The notes beneath the pieces were generated by a model that saw only the letters and a list, made by a program, of their open reading frames with translations, had not been told where the DNA came from and ran no database searches. Positions 28,151 to 38,072 of a DNA stretch of 64,000 bases are shown here, in pieces. Origin of the DNA: a bacterium (GTDB taxonomy: Bacteria; Patescibacteriota; Minisyncoccia; Phycocordibacterales; UBA1006); NCBI GenBank assembly GCA_037144045.1, contig JBAWXN010000002.1, forward strand, positions 150,875-214,874, read 5' to 3'. Numbering within the stretch: the stretch's first letter is position 1; each line of letters opens with the position of its first letter. A program made the translations under genes and the position numbers.

Positions 28151-29233
28151 ATGAGGTTATTTTCCTTTTTTGAAAAACCAAAACATTCCGTTGCGTTTTC
28201 AATGGACAATGGTTTTTTACGCTATGTTTCTTTGATGCGAACCAAAGAAGGTATTCAGGTGATGAGTCACGGATCTGAATATTTTGGCAGCAATGTCATT
28301 ACCTTAGAAAGCGAAATAGAAGACGATGCATTATTTGTAAGTAAGCTACGAACCCTTATCCCAAGTATTGATTTTGGTGAAGGATTACCTGAAGCAAATA
28401 TCATTATTCCTGATCACCAGGCAATAATGTTTCACACACATATTATGAAAGAATCTGCTCAGCAGATGAATGATATTATTGTGGATCACTTGAAAACATA
28501 TTGCGAAGCGCACGACCTGTTGAGCTACACAGAATACGTCTGCGAATACGATATTATCCTCGAAACCAGTTTTGGCTATGATGTACACGTTACTCTGGTT
28601 CCTAAAAATTATGCGAATCATTTGGCGCGTTTATTTAAACAAGCAGGTATTAAAATTGCACATATAGAAACAGCGCATCATGCGGTTGCGTCAGCGTGCT
28701 TGGATATTCCTCGAGGGGAAGGGTTGGTACTTGTTTCGTTTGGTAAGGAGCAAACATCGGTTGCGTTATTACATGCGGATCACCTGGTTTCGCATGAACT
28801 CGTTCCTGTGGGTGAAGACGCGCTGTATGTAACTATTGAACGATTTTTGAAAGTAGACCGCGCGTATGCTAAAAAAATCATTGAACGTCATGGTATCCTG
28901 CAAACGCACCCTGATAACGGACTCCTCGGTGAATTACACCTGCAGCTTAACCCAATCGTGCGCAGTATTGATCGACAACTCGTAATTGTAGGTCAATCGC
29001 CTTATAAAACCGTAGGGGAACGATTCACGACACGTACGTTGATCGTGTATGGTGAAGGAATTCATGTGAAGGGATTAGTGCCACTCCTAGGTGATCTGTC
29101 ACACCTCACGGCGAAAGAACTCGATGTGTGGGCTGGACATACAGAAGACCGTGCCCCAATCCTTAATATGCATGCTGCTGAAATTGTGAAGTATGCCGAG
29201 GCGTTATCACTTGCATTGATTTATTTAAAATAA
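28151..29233 (+). CDS. PilM/FtsA-like actin-fold pilus assembly protein
   Basis: LVSFGKEQTSV, PVGEDAL and IVYGEG..VKGL patterns of PilM. Confidence 0.7.
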   Translation: MRLFSFFEKPKHSVAFSMDNGFLRYVSLMRTKEGIQVMSHGSEYFGSNVITLESEIEDDALFVSKLRTLIPSIDFGEGLPEANIIIPDHQAIMFHTHIMKESAQQMNDIIVDHLKTYCEAHDLLSYTEYVCEYDIILETSFGYDVHVTLVPKNYANHLARLFKQAGIKIAHIETAHHAVASACLDIPRGEGLVLVSFGKEQTSVALLHADHLVSHELVPVGEDALYVTIERFLKVDRAYAKKIIERHGILQTHPDNGLLGELHLQLNPIVRSIDRQLVIVGQSPYKTVGERFTTRTLIVYGEGIHVKGLVPLLGDLSHLTAKELDVWAGHTEDRAPILNMHAAEIVKYAEALSLALIYLK

Positions 29234-29280
29234 ACAAAAAACTTCTATTCTAAGAATAGAAGTTTTTTGTTTCAAGAGGG

Positions 29281-29352
29281 TGCTTCCACTAGGAATCGAA
29301 CCTAGAATAACGGCTTAGAAGTCCGTAGTTATATCCATTTAACTATGGAAGC
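29281..29352 (-). tRNA. tRNA-Arg(UCU)
   Basis: GCTTCCA stem, loop CTTCTAA. Confidence 0.93.
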
Positions 29353-29423
29353 ATATAGCAACGCCTGTAGCGTAACACCTTTGCATTTCCAAGTAAATAT
29401 GCTAAAGTATTTCTCGTACGTGA

Positions 29424-29499
29424 GGGCGATTAGCTCAGTTGGTAGAGCAACTCATTTACACTGAGAAGGTCAGGGGTTCAAGTCCCTTATCGCCCACCA
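29424..29499 (+). tRNA. tRNA-Val(UAC)
   Basis: GGGCGAT stem, loop TTTACAC, encoded CCA. Confidence 0.95.
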
Positions 29500-29582
29500 A
29501 GTCCCGTTCTAAAAACCACTGTGAAAACAGTGGTTTTTAGTGTAAAATACCAAGTATTACTAAATTAATTACTTTTAATTAT

Positions 29583-29834
29583 ATGGGAGCATTTGGATCA
29601 GGGCGCGAAGATTATCACAAAATGACACCAGCAGAACGATCAGGTGCTGACTTGCAAGACCGTAAACCGGTGTTTAATGGTCCAGCGCGTGATACTTTTG
29701 AAGAAGAAGGGCGATGTTTTTTTATGGGGCGCCAAGTAAGTAAAGAGGAATACGAATCATTGTTAGGAAAATATAACGCACTCCTTGATCATTCTTTGGA
29801 ATTAAAACATGAAGAATTGCGAGAAGCGGCTTAG
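29583..29834 (+). CDS. Hypothetical protein
   Basis: 83-aa ORF after the tRNA terminator. Confidence 0.55.
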   Translation: MGAFGSGREDYHKMTPAERSGADLQDRKPVFNGPARDTFEEEGRCFFMGRQVSKEEYESLLGKYNALLDHSLELKHEELREAA

Positions 29835-29840
29835 AAATTT

Positions 29841-30593
29841 ATGAAAGAAAGTAACATTTTAAAAAACAAAAAAATAGAAGAAAAACCCGCAGCTCACGAA
29901 ATTGTAGAGCCGAATCAGGATGTCGAACGAGTAAACGGAGTATCAGAACGTGAAGAATTAAACGAAGTCTTTTTCCGACAATACATTGAAACAGCAATGG
30001 AAGGTGAATTATTTAGCGAAATCAGTAGTGCAGGATTTTCACCAGAAGAAGTTCAAGAGCTTCGAAAAGGTTTTTCCGAATTAAGTGATTTTGATAAGGA
30101 ATACGCTTTTGCATTTCCTTACGAACTTCGAAAGAAAAATTTTGCCTTTCAGGCAAAGGCTATTCACTCTGGAAAGAGGGAGTTAAGCGGTTTTTGGAAA
30201 CCTATAGTAGAAAATGGTGAAAAGACAGGGCGTCGCCTGGGGTACCATGTTTCACTATATGATATTCCACCGAGGACTGTTAAAGATTCGGGCGGTCAGG
30301 AAATTCAATCATGGGAAATCAGTGGAACTGAAAACGATCATCGAAACAATGACCTTCCTATGGCGTATTATGCGGAAGACTATTTACACATTTATCGTAC
30401 TAAAAGTGCAAATTACCTCTATATAATATCTTCGCAGCGGGCAACAGGATCTGGGCACCATGCTGATAATAGTAATAAATGGGGTCGCGCGCCATCATTG
30501 AGTGTTATCCAGAAATTTAATTTACGCGAGGTTGATGACTTCGTGCGTGAGCGAACCAAAGAATACCTAGAACAAAAAAACGCATCCAAGTAA
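29841..30593 (+). CDS. Hypothetical protein
   Basis: 250-aa ORF, acidic N-terminus, LGYHVS...AYY C-domain. Confidence 0.65.
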   Translation: MKESNILKNKKIEEKPAAHEIVEPNQDVERVNGVSEREELNEVFFRQYIETAMEGELFSEISSAGFSPEEVQELRKGFSELSDFDKEYAFAFPYELRKKNFAFQAKAIHSGKRELSGFWKPIVENGEKTGRRLGYHVSLYDIPPRTVKDSGGQEIQSWEISGTENDHRNNDLPMAYYAEDYLHIYRTKSANYLYIISSQRATGSGHHADNSNKWGRAPSLSVIQKFNLREVDDFVRERTKEYLEQKNASK

Positions 30594-30609
30594 TTGGAGT
30601 GCGTCTCGG

Positions 30610-30906
30610 TTATTTTTTAGTTATAGTTTCCCATGCTGACCAGAGGATGAATTCGAAATTATTCCCTAGTGCATCTATTCTGCGGTCAACCCACTTTGCA
30701 ATAGAGGACCCTTCTTCTTTAAGGAGGGTTTCTATTTTGGTTAAAAAATCTTCTTTGTTTTTTGAAGTTTTAAATACTTCGTCATTGAGCCTTTTTAAAA
30801 AAATACTATCATTTTTCCCGTCCACCACCAGAGGCCCATCTTTTTTTTGCGGTGTTGCTTTTCCTGAGAAAAGATCGAAGAAGAATGGTCCTACATCGTT
30901 TTTCAT
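30610..30906 (-). CDS. Hypothetical protein
   Basis: 98-aa ORF MKNDVGPFFFDLF... Confidence 0.5.
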   Translation of the reverse strand: MKNDVGPFFFDLFSGKATPQKKDGPLVVDGKNDSIFLKRLNDEVFKTSKNKEDFLTKIETLLKEEGSSIAKWVDRRIDALGNNFEFILWSAWETITKK

Positions 30907-30948
30907 GCTATCCTGTCTTTTGTAACACAATACACTTATATTAAACAT

Positions 30949-31680
30949 ATGTCAATACCCACCATCCTCCTCGAAACTAAAGACTTCCTTGTAATAAACA
31001 AGCCAACCGGCTTGGTTGTTCATGCTGACGGAAAACATGACGAACCTACGGTTGTTGATTGGATCCTTGAACATTATCCCGAATTGAAAGACGTAGGTGA
31101 AAAAATGATTATTGAACATCAAGGAGAAACGATTGAAATTCCTCGTTCAGGAATTGTGCATCGCATCGACCGAGACACTTCAGGATGTTTACTCATTGCA
31201 AAAAATCAAGAATCATTCGAAAACCTCAAGGCTCAATTTCAAGAACATACGATCAAGAAAAAGTATGTAGCACTCGTGTACGGATGGCCGCGTGATGAAC
31301 GGGGAATCATTGACCAACCCATTGGACGGTCGTCATCAAATATCCGAGCATGGACTACAAAACCAAACGCGCGTGGTGGGCGCGATGCGATTACTCGGTT
31401 TACTGTGCTTAAAAAATTCGAACACGATGGCCAAAAATACGCCATCGTAGACTTATATCCTCAAACCGGGCGCACGCATCAGCTGCGCGTACATATGGGA
31501 CATCTGGGTCATTCATTAGTTGCTGACGCAATCTATTCATCAGGTAAAACCAGTACGCTTCCTATTCATCGAACGGCACTGCATGCAGAACGTATTATTT
31601 TCAAGGATATGAACGGTAATGACGTAGAAGTAACGGCGCCACTCCCAGAAGACCTGAAGCCATTCCTTGCCAAGGCTTAG
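30949..31680 (+). CDS. RluA/RluD-family pseudouridine synthase
   Basis: INKPTGLVVH, HRIDRDTSG, TGRTHQLRVH, ALHA. Confidence 0.95.
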   Translation: MSIPTILLETKDFLVINKPTGLVVHADGKHDEPTVVDWILEHYPELKDVGEKMIIEHQGETIEIPRSGIVHRIDRDTSGCLLIAKNQESFENLKAQFQEHTIKKKYVALVYGWPRDERGIIDQPIGRSSSNIRAWTTKPNARGGRDAITRFTVLKKFEHDGQKYAIVDLYPQTGRTHQLRVHMGHLGHSLVADAIYSSGKTSTLPIHRTALHAERIIFKDMNGNDVEVTAPLPEDLKPFLAKA

Positions 31681-31781
31681 TTTTTATGATAAGGTGTGCA
31701 GGTTATTAGCAGAAATAAACGACCCTCCTTTGAGCCTTCTTTATGTCTTTGTGACTAAGGAATGGAGTCAGGAAACTCATT

Positions 31782-32228
31782 ATGGCAACCAATTTTACAC
31801 AATTTATTCCTAAAGATATCGCAAATCGAAAAGATCTCGATATCCGAACCGGAGACACGGTTAAGGTTTCTTTGAAAATCGAGGAAAAAGGAAAGACACG
31901 TATTCAAGCATTCGAAGGTCTCGTGATTGCACGCAAACACGGAACCGAATCTGGTGGAACATTTACCGTTCGCAAGATTTCACACAGTGTTGGAGTAGAA
32001 CGTATCTTCCCCCTTTATTCACCAAGTATCGATAAAATCGAAGTACTCCGCCGAACCAATGTTCGTCGATCAAAACTTTACTTTATCCGAGAAAAAGTGA
32101 CTCGAGACATCCGACGCAAAATGCGTAACTTCGTAGGATTCTTTGCTTCAACCGCAGACCTCCCACAGCCAGAAGAAATGATGGCAGAAGTAGTAGAAGA
32201 AACTCCAGCTGAAAATTCAGCGGAATAA
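31782..32228 (+). CDS. rplS: 50S ribosomal protein L19
   Basis: [40 protein letters not shown]. Confidence 0.97.
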   Translation: MATNFTQFIPKDIANRKDLDIRTGDTVKVSLKIEEKGKTRIQAFEGLVIARKHGTESGGTFTVRKISHSVGVERIFPLYSPSIDKIEVLRRTNVRRSKLYFIREKVTRDIRRKMRNFVGFFASTADLPQPEEMMAEVVEETPAENSAE

Positions 32229-32278
32229 TACAAAAAAAACTCGACAATGTCGGGTTTTTTTGTATACTGGTGAAACTT

Positions 32279-32360
32279 GCCCAGATGGAGAAATTGGTAG
32301 ACTTACTACCTTGAGGTGGTAGCGCCGTGAGGCATGGGGGTTCGAGTCCCCCTCTGGGCA
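32279..32360 (+). tRNA. tRNA-Leu(GAG)
   Basis: GCCCAGA stem, loop TTGAGGT, variable arm. Confidence 0.95.
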
Positions 32361-32413
32361 CCTATTGTATTTTATTATTGAGCGTGATATGGTGGAATCA
32401 AATTTATTTTAAT

Positions 32414-32638
32414 ATGGCTGACCACGCACGTGATCGTTCGAATTCAACCCATTCAGAACGATCTAACAAGACACATGATTCATCTAAGCCCAAAAAGAAA
32501 AAGGGAGGTGGCAAAAAAGGTTCTTCTATTTCAGGAGAAATTGCAAATATGTTCAACGGGTTAACCCGCTGCAGCACGTTTGCAAATTACTGTGGTAGAT
32601 CATCCGGAAACCATAAGCCCAATTCAAGGCGAGCGTAA
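32414..32638 (+). CDS. Small basic hypothetical protein
   Basis: 74-aa ORF followed by a terminator. Confidence 0.4.
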   Translation: MADHARDRSNSTHSERSNKTHDSSKPKKKKGGGKKGSSISGEIANMFNGLTRCSTFANYCGRSSGNHKPNSRRA

Positions 32639-32715
32639 ATGAATAATGAATTAAGGTCTGCAATAATGCAGGCCTTTGTTTTGGAAAAAATATAAATACT
32701 TGATACACTAATACC

Positions 32716-33057
32716 ATGAATGTTACTTCATATCTTATTTTAGTCGGTTCAGTCCTTGCGATTGCAATCGCCGATGTGGCTTTAAAGCAAGCAGGGAGCT
32801 ATAGTCACTCGATGAAGCAATTACTCATAAATCCTTGGTTTCTAAGTGCAATTGTTTTGTACATTATTCAAGTAATTGGATTTGGCTATTTGTTTATTTC
32901 AGGGGCTAAATTGTCATCTATTGGTATTGTTCAGACGGTGTTATATGCGCTGGTAGTGATTACTTCAGGGGTATTTATTTTTTCTGAATCGATCAGTGTT
33001 TTACAGGGAATTGGTATTGAATTGGCGGTGGTGGGGGTTGTTTTAATGAATATTTAG
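32716..33057 (+). CDS. SMR/EamA-like 4-TM membrane protein
   Basis: ADVALK...FSESIS..QGIG pattern. Confidence 0.7.
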   Translation: MNVTSYLILVGSVLAIAIADVALKQAGSYSHSMKQLLINPWFLSAIVLYIIQVIGFGYLFISGAKLSSIGIVQTVLYALVVITSGVFIFSESISVLQGIGIELAVVGVVLMNI

Positions 33058-33132
33058 GCTTATAAATAAGGATGGTGGGGTACTTGACAAATGTATAGTA
33101 GTATGCTATACTATCTTTATAAAACTGAATAA

Positions 33133-33675
33133 ATGAAAAAAATAAATCAAATACTTACGCGCGTAGCCGCAACGAATACTAACCCTGCAACTAGTGGAAA
33201 CACTAATAATCAGGCAAAACCGGCCCATAAGCACGGTAAAAACAAACAGGGAAAAGGAAAGCCGAAGCACTTCTTGGTTGCCATAGGCACCCCGGCAGCT
33301 GCCCAACGGTTAACCTTGGACCCAACCCGCCAGTTACATTACATGATCCAATTTTCTAACGAAACAGTACCTACTGTAGCGAAGAAGAAAGGACAAGTTT
33401 CAGCTGCCACCAGCTCTGAAAAGAGATTTGCTGGCCAGCCGGTAAAGGATACTACGCCTGATTTGTTAGCAATGTTGGACAGACGCGAACGCAGAGCCAA
33501 TGAAGTATCTGAGGATGTAGAGTTCTTAGCAGAATTATTTGGCGAAACCGGAATTGATCGCGGTAATCACGAAGAAGGTGATAATGGTGATATGGAACAC
33601 TGCCACACCATCTACACCGGATTCCGTGGTGGTAGCCCTGATTTCGGCAAAAAATACAAAGCAAAAGCTGCGTAA
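33133..33675 (+). CDS. Hypothetical protein
   Basis: 180-aa ORF with TTGACA-17-TATACT promoter (~33085) and terminator. Confidence 0.6.
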   Translation: MKKINQILTRVAATNTNPATSGNTNNQAKPAHKHGKNKQGKGKPKHFLVAIGTPAAAQRLTLDPTRQLHYMIQFSNETVPTVAKKKGQVSAATSSEKRFAGQPVKDTTPDLLAMLDRRERRANEVSEDVEFLAELFGETGIDRGNHEEGDNGDMEHCHTIYTGFRGGSPDFGKKYKAKAA

Positions 33676-33741
33676 CAAAAACTAAAAAGAAGCTCCCCGA
33701 TGCATATCGCATCGGGGTTTATTGTTTGATATAATTTATGC

Positions 33742-35115
33742 ATGAAACAAAACAATTCTCCTTGGTTGACGCAACTTGATCACGCACGATCACTTCGTAC
33801 TGCAGATGCTGACATGACTACCAACGTGGTTATTATTGGTGGTGGAATAGCTGGAGTTACGACTCTTTATTTTTTACTCAAACACACTGATAAAAAAATA
33901 GTACTCGTTGAAGCGAATCGCTTAGCACATGGTGCAACAGGGCATAATGCCGGACAAGTAGTTGCTGAATTTGAACGACCACTCGCACATATCGCCAAGG
34001 AATTCGGCGTGAAAAAGGCAATTGATGGACTTGCATCAGTAGAAGATGCTTGGGTACTCCTTGATGATATTTTCAATGACACGGGACTCACGATCCCTTT
34101 TCGTGAATTTATTGGATACAGTGGTTATTCTGATGTGGCACCCCTCCTTGAAGAACTTGAAACAGAGTTGTTGCGTTCACAACACGGGTTAGTACATTTT
34201 CCAACATTAGTAGCACGTGAATCAGGATGGATGCAATCAATTCCTCATAAGTTTCATGCAATCTGTACTGAAGTAGATTCGGTGCTCATTTCTGAACTGC
34301 TCGATATTCATCAGACTAATTATCATGCGGTAATTCCTAATCGAGCGGCAACCCTTAACAGTGCGCTCTTTACTGAAATGCTTGCGTTGTGGTGCGTAGA
34401 ACAATATCCTGATCGTGTCTCATTATTTGAAAAAAGTTCAGTACATGGTATCGAATTAAAATCAGAACATCCACAAGTGCTCACGGATCTCGTAACGATT
34501 ACGTGTGATCAGGTAGTGTTGTGCACTAATGGTTTTGAAAACTTTTATATCAAGGATAAGGCTGGTCTTGCTATCGATACGAAGTTTCATCACGAAGTGC
34601 GAGGAGTAGTTGGGTATATGACTGGTTACCTTACCAATAAAGAATTAAATCCGATGGCAAATCGGTACTATGAGGAGGGGCTCAAAGGTGAGGGCGAGTT
34701 TCAAAAAGATCGATTTTCTGATATTTACTTCTATATCACTCGTCGTAAATTTGGATCAGAATCAAGTAATGAGTATTTACTAGCAATAGGAGGACCAGAA
34801 GCAGGACTTGTTGAACGAGAAATTTATTTCAATGAATTTGATGTTCCTGAAAAAATGCGTGATGATGCAATCACCTTTGCACAAAAGTATTTTCCTGTTT
34901 CCGAGTTCGATCAAAAGTTCTTTTGGCATGGGCTCATGGGGTATACGCGCACAGGGATACGACTTGTCGGTCCAGAACCGCTTGATAATCGACTTATGTA
35001 CAATTTAGGATGTAATGGAGTTGGAATATTGCCGAGTATTATGGGGGCCCGAAAAATAGCACGTCACATAAATACTGAACACCTTCCCGATACTATTTTT
35101 GACCCGAAGCGGTGA
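33742..35115 (+). CDS. FAD-dependent oxidoreductase (DAO/PuuB-like)
   Basis: VVIIGGGIAG, GATGHNAG, WHGLMGYT, GCNGVG. Confidence 0.9.
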   Translation: MKQNNSPWLTQLDHARSLRTADADMTTNVVIIGGGIAGVTTLYFLLKHTDKKIVLVEANRLAHGATGHNAGQVVAEFERPLAHIAKEFGVKKAIDGLASVEDAWVLLDDIFNDTGLTIPFREFIGYSGYSDVAPLLEELETELLRSQHGLVHFPTLVARESGWMQSIPHKFHAICTEVDSVLISELLDIHQTNYHAVIPNRAATLNSALFTEMLALWCVEQYPDRVSLFEKSSVHGIELKSEHPQVLTDLVTITCDQVVLCTNGFENFYIKDKAGLAIDTKFHHEVRGVVGYMTGYLTNKELNPMANRYYEEGLKGEGEFQKDRFSDIYFYITRRKFGSESSNEYLLAIGGPEAGLVEREIYFNEFDVPEKMRDDAITFAQKYFPVSEFDQKFFWHGLMGYTRTGIRLVGPEPLDNRLMYNLGCNGVGILPSIMGARKIARHINTEHLPDTIFDPKR

Positions 35116-35137
35116 GGGGTATGTTATAATTATTGTT

Positions 35138-35473
35138 ATGAAACTTACTCAAAAAAAATGCATTCCCTGCGAGGATAAAAGCATAAAGCCTTTTACGCGC
35201 CCGCAGGCAAAAGAATATGCAATACTGGTTCCTGAATGGATTCTTGCTAAAAATGCACAAAAAATTTCGCGAACATTTATGTTTTCTGATTTTGTTCAAG
35301 CATTAAAATTTGTTAATCGCGTAGGGAAACTAGCAGAACGCGAAGGACATCATCCAGATATAAGTATTCACTATAATCAAGTATCGTTCGAACTTTGGAC
35401 ACATTCCATTGAGGGGTTATCGGAAAATGATTTTATCCTTGCTGCTAAAATAAACGCACTTAATTTGCACTAG
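35138..35473 (+). CDS. Pterin-4-alpha-carbinolamine dehydratase
   Basis: AEREGHHPDI, WTHSIEGLSENDFILAAKI. Confidence 0.93.
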   Translation: MKLTQKKCIPCEDKSIKPFTRPQAKEYAILVPEWILAKNAQKISRTFMFSDFVQALKFVNRVGKLAEREGHHPDISIHYNQVSFELWTHSIEGLSENDFILAAKINALNLH

Positions 35474-35475
35474 TC

Positions 35476-36066
35476 ATGATTGATATTATTATTGAGCACA
35501 AAACAATTTTTGTTATTCTACACGCTATTTGTGCGGCAGTGGGACTTGGGGCTGTGGTAATTACTGATAGCTTGTTTTTTCAGTATTTGAAAGATTTTAA
35601 AATTTCTCGCAAAGAAGAAGAAACGATGAATACTATTTCTAAGCTGGTGTGGGTGGTGATTGCTCTTCTGATTATCACCGGTACTGCATTGTTCCTATCG
35701 GCGCCTCTTGACTACTTGGCAAAATCAAAGTTTATCGTGAAGGTAATAATCTTCTCGGTTATTGTTGCAAATGGGTTGCTGCTTAACTTTTGGATTACTC
35801 CTGTACTTAAAAAGATTGTGTTCGGTCCCGTAGAAAAACAGCCAACATTCAAAATCAGATTTATGCGACGTGTTGCGTTTGCTTCAGGAGTGGTGTCTAT
35901 GATTTCTTGGTTTTCAGTATTTATCCTAGGGTCAGTTCGTTCAATACCGGTTTCGATAGGATGGGGAATAATTATCTATAGTGGAATCGTCTTGTTAGGA
36001 ATTATGGGAAGTCAATTTTTTGCAACATGGATGAAGTATGGAACCTTGCTTCCTAAGCAAGACTAG
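35476..36066 (+). CDS. Multi-TM hypothetical protein
   Basis: Five hydrophobic segments; H...GLG and SW motifs. Confidence 0.7.
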   Translation: MIDIIIEHKTIFVILHAICAAVGLGAVVITDSLFFQYLKDFKISRKEEETMNTISKLVWVVIALLIITGTALFLSAPLDYLAKSKFIVKVIIFSVIVANGLLLNFWITPVLKKIVFGPVEKQPTFKIRFMRRVAFASGVVSMISWFSVFILGSVRSIPVSIGWGIIIYSGIVLLGIMGSQFFATWMKYGTLLPKQD

Positions 36067-36123
36067 ATTTTTTCAAGGATTTCTGGTATAACAAGCAGGC
36101 TTTTAGGAAACTAAAAGCACTAT

Positions 36124-36196
36124 GGTGACTATGGTGTAACGGTTAACACTCAGGTTTGTGGTACCTGCGATCAGGGTTCGATTCCCTGTAGTCACC
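36124..36196 (+). tRNA. tRNA-His(GUG)
   Basis: Encoded G-1, loop TTGTGGT, C73. Confidence 0.95.
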
Positions 36197-36327
36197 CAAT
36201 AATTCAAAAAGCGCTCGCAGGGCGCTTTTTGAATACCTCAAGAAAAAGAGACTGTTGACTATTAGATGAACAGATGATATATTTTGCTCCAATCATATTT
36301 TGTCATTCATCAAAAATTTAAAAAGAA

Positions 36328-36987
36328 ATGGAAAACATCTTTTCGCAAGTATTTACAGCCTCCTTATTTGGAAGCTCGCTCGGATTTTTTGCCGCAATCG
36401 CAGTGCTTATTATTGTTTGTTTCGCGAGTGAAGTTAACGAAAATGGCTTTTATGCCTTTGGCTGTTTTGTTTTGTTCTGTGTGCTTATGCACTATAAAGG
36501 AAGCGGTATTATACCCGCGTTTCATTTTCTCAAGTCACATGTATGGATGGCATGGTTATATTTAGGTGTTGGTGTGGTGCACGCTACTACTCGTTTCTTT
36601 TATGAAGGATACCGAATTGGAATGCTATTTACCGAGTTTAGGCCTGAATGGAAGAAAGCAAACTCAATTGACCTAGGTACTAAATTAACGCTCGAACAAG
36701 AAGAGAAGTTTAGAAAATGGGTAATTGATGGCGATGGTAATAAGTCGCAGAGCTTTTTGTCACTATTATTTTCTTCAGAAAAAACTACTACTTATAAGGG
36801 CAATCGAAAGATTATGCATTTCAGTACTAATGCTTTTCGCTGGTGGTTTAACTGGCCAATAAGCCTCGTTTACTGGGGATTCACTGAATTTTTTGAAGCC
36901 AGCTGGTTAATCTTATGGAATAATACCAAGAAATTCTTCATGAGTTTCTATAATGCAGGTATTAATTTATCCGGTAAAGAGCGGTAA
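36328..36987 (+). CDS. Hypothetical membrane protein
   Basis: Three N-terminal TMs, WFNWPISL motif; TTGACT promoter at ~36256. Confidence 0.65.
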   Translation: MENIFSQVFTASLFGSSLGFFAAIAVLIIVCFASEVNENGFYAFGCFVLFCVLMHYKGSGIIPAFHFLKSHVWMAWLYLGVGVVHATTRFFYEGYRIGMLFTEFRPEWKKANSIDLGTKLTLEQEEKFRKWVIDGDGNKSQSFLSLLFSSEKTTTYKGNRKIMHFSTNAFRWWFNWPISLVYWGFTEFFEASWLILWNNTKKFFMSFYNAGINLSGKER

Positions 36988-37037
36988 TAAATACTTGGTG
37001 AACATGAAATATAACAAAACCTCGCAGTAATGCGAGG

Positions 37038-37682
37038 TTATTTTGTTTCCAAATGACTTATTTGGGATTCAATCTTCTCAATAATACGTGTCACCAAGTC
37101 TTTACGATTACCGGTTGCTGACCTAAACAACGGAAGGAGGAGTTCTCGAGTTTCCTTAATTTGTTTCTCGGCCCAACCTGCTTTAGGTGATGGTGCGCGC
37201 AAATTATGGAGCCGATCGATCGCTTTACCTACAATGGCGTCCTCATTCTTTGTAAGTTCTGTAAGGTAGTGCTGCATCATTTGGTCTTTCGAGGTAAAGT
37301 CCTTAGTAAATTCGTCTACATGTGGCTTGGTAAGGCGAATTACCGTATCAGCTACATGGTTTCCAAAAATACGTGCAATACGAAACTGTGCGGTCCGTAT
37401 AAATTCAGCATACCCGTCCGTAACATTTCCAAAAAGTGGTGTGTCTTCACCTACATCGTGCAAAAGGAATGAAATAAGGAGTTCTGGTTCGTAGACCCCT
37501 AATTCATCCATAAGGATAATACATCCCGCACGAGGGTGTTCAAAATAACGACCCCCTTTTTGTCGTTTTTGGGTTCGATGGGCTTCTTTGGATAAATCAT
37601 ATGCAAACATGACTAAATCGATGTCTTGCTGGTTCAAGTGGGGGATAAGGCGAGTAATAAAGGTGAGTCTGTTTTCTTGCAT
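37038..37682 (-). CDS. HD-domain protein, RelA/SpoT hydrolase-like (small alarmone hydrolase/Mesh1-like)
   Basis: AHRTQKR..G.RYFEHP, LLHDVGEDT, LTK, KAIDRLHNLR. Confidence 0.85.
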   Translation of the reverse strand: MQENRLTFITRLIPHLNQQDIDLVMFAYDLSKEAHRTQKRQKGGRYFEHPRAGCIILMDELGVYEPELLISFLLHDVGEDTPLFGNVTDGYAEFIRTAQFRIARIFGNHVADTVIRLTKPHVDEFTKDFTSKDQMMQHYLTELTKNEDAIVGKAIDRLHNLRAPSPKAGWAEKQIKETRELLLPLFRSATGNRKDLVTRIIEKIESQISHLETK

Positions 37683-37692
37683 ATAATAAATG

Positions 37693-37911
37693 TTATGGGG
37701 TGAGTAATGGGCACCAGTCAGGTACCGTTGTTTCGCGTACAATGTTGTAAGGACGACAGGCGACCGTGATTTCGCGCGACTGTTTGGTGCAGACGACTTT
37801 TACGTCGTCATCGCAGAACCAGTCGTAGGGATCAGGGTCAGAGAGTACTTTATGAAAAGGACATTCCGTACATGACGTAATTGAAGCATGAATTGTTTTT
37901 TGATCTTTCAT
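37693..37911 (-). CDS. Small Cys-rich protein
   Basis: SCTECPF...WFC...VC...AC...PDWCPL. Confidence 0.65.
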   Translation of the reverse strand: MKDQKTIHASITSCTECPFHKVLSDPDPYDWFCDDDVKVVCTKQSREITVACRPYNIVRETTVPDWCPLLTP

Positions 37912-38072
37912 ATGTTGAGTTTTAATAATGAACAACTACACTTACAGTAACATTTAAAAAACCTTCAATGGCCTTATTATTACATAATGAATACAGTCCA
38001 GAAAAGGATCCTTTACAGGAACAGTGGTAGGGTATATTATGAAAGTATTATTCTGTAAAAAAACTTTTACAT

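Noticed and set aside
32083-32361. 92-aa minus-strand ORF (MPRGGLEPP...)
   Set aside because: Antisense shadow of tRNA-Leu and rplS
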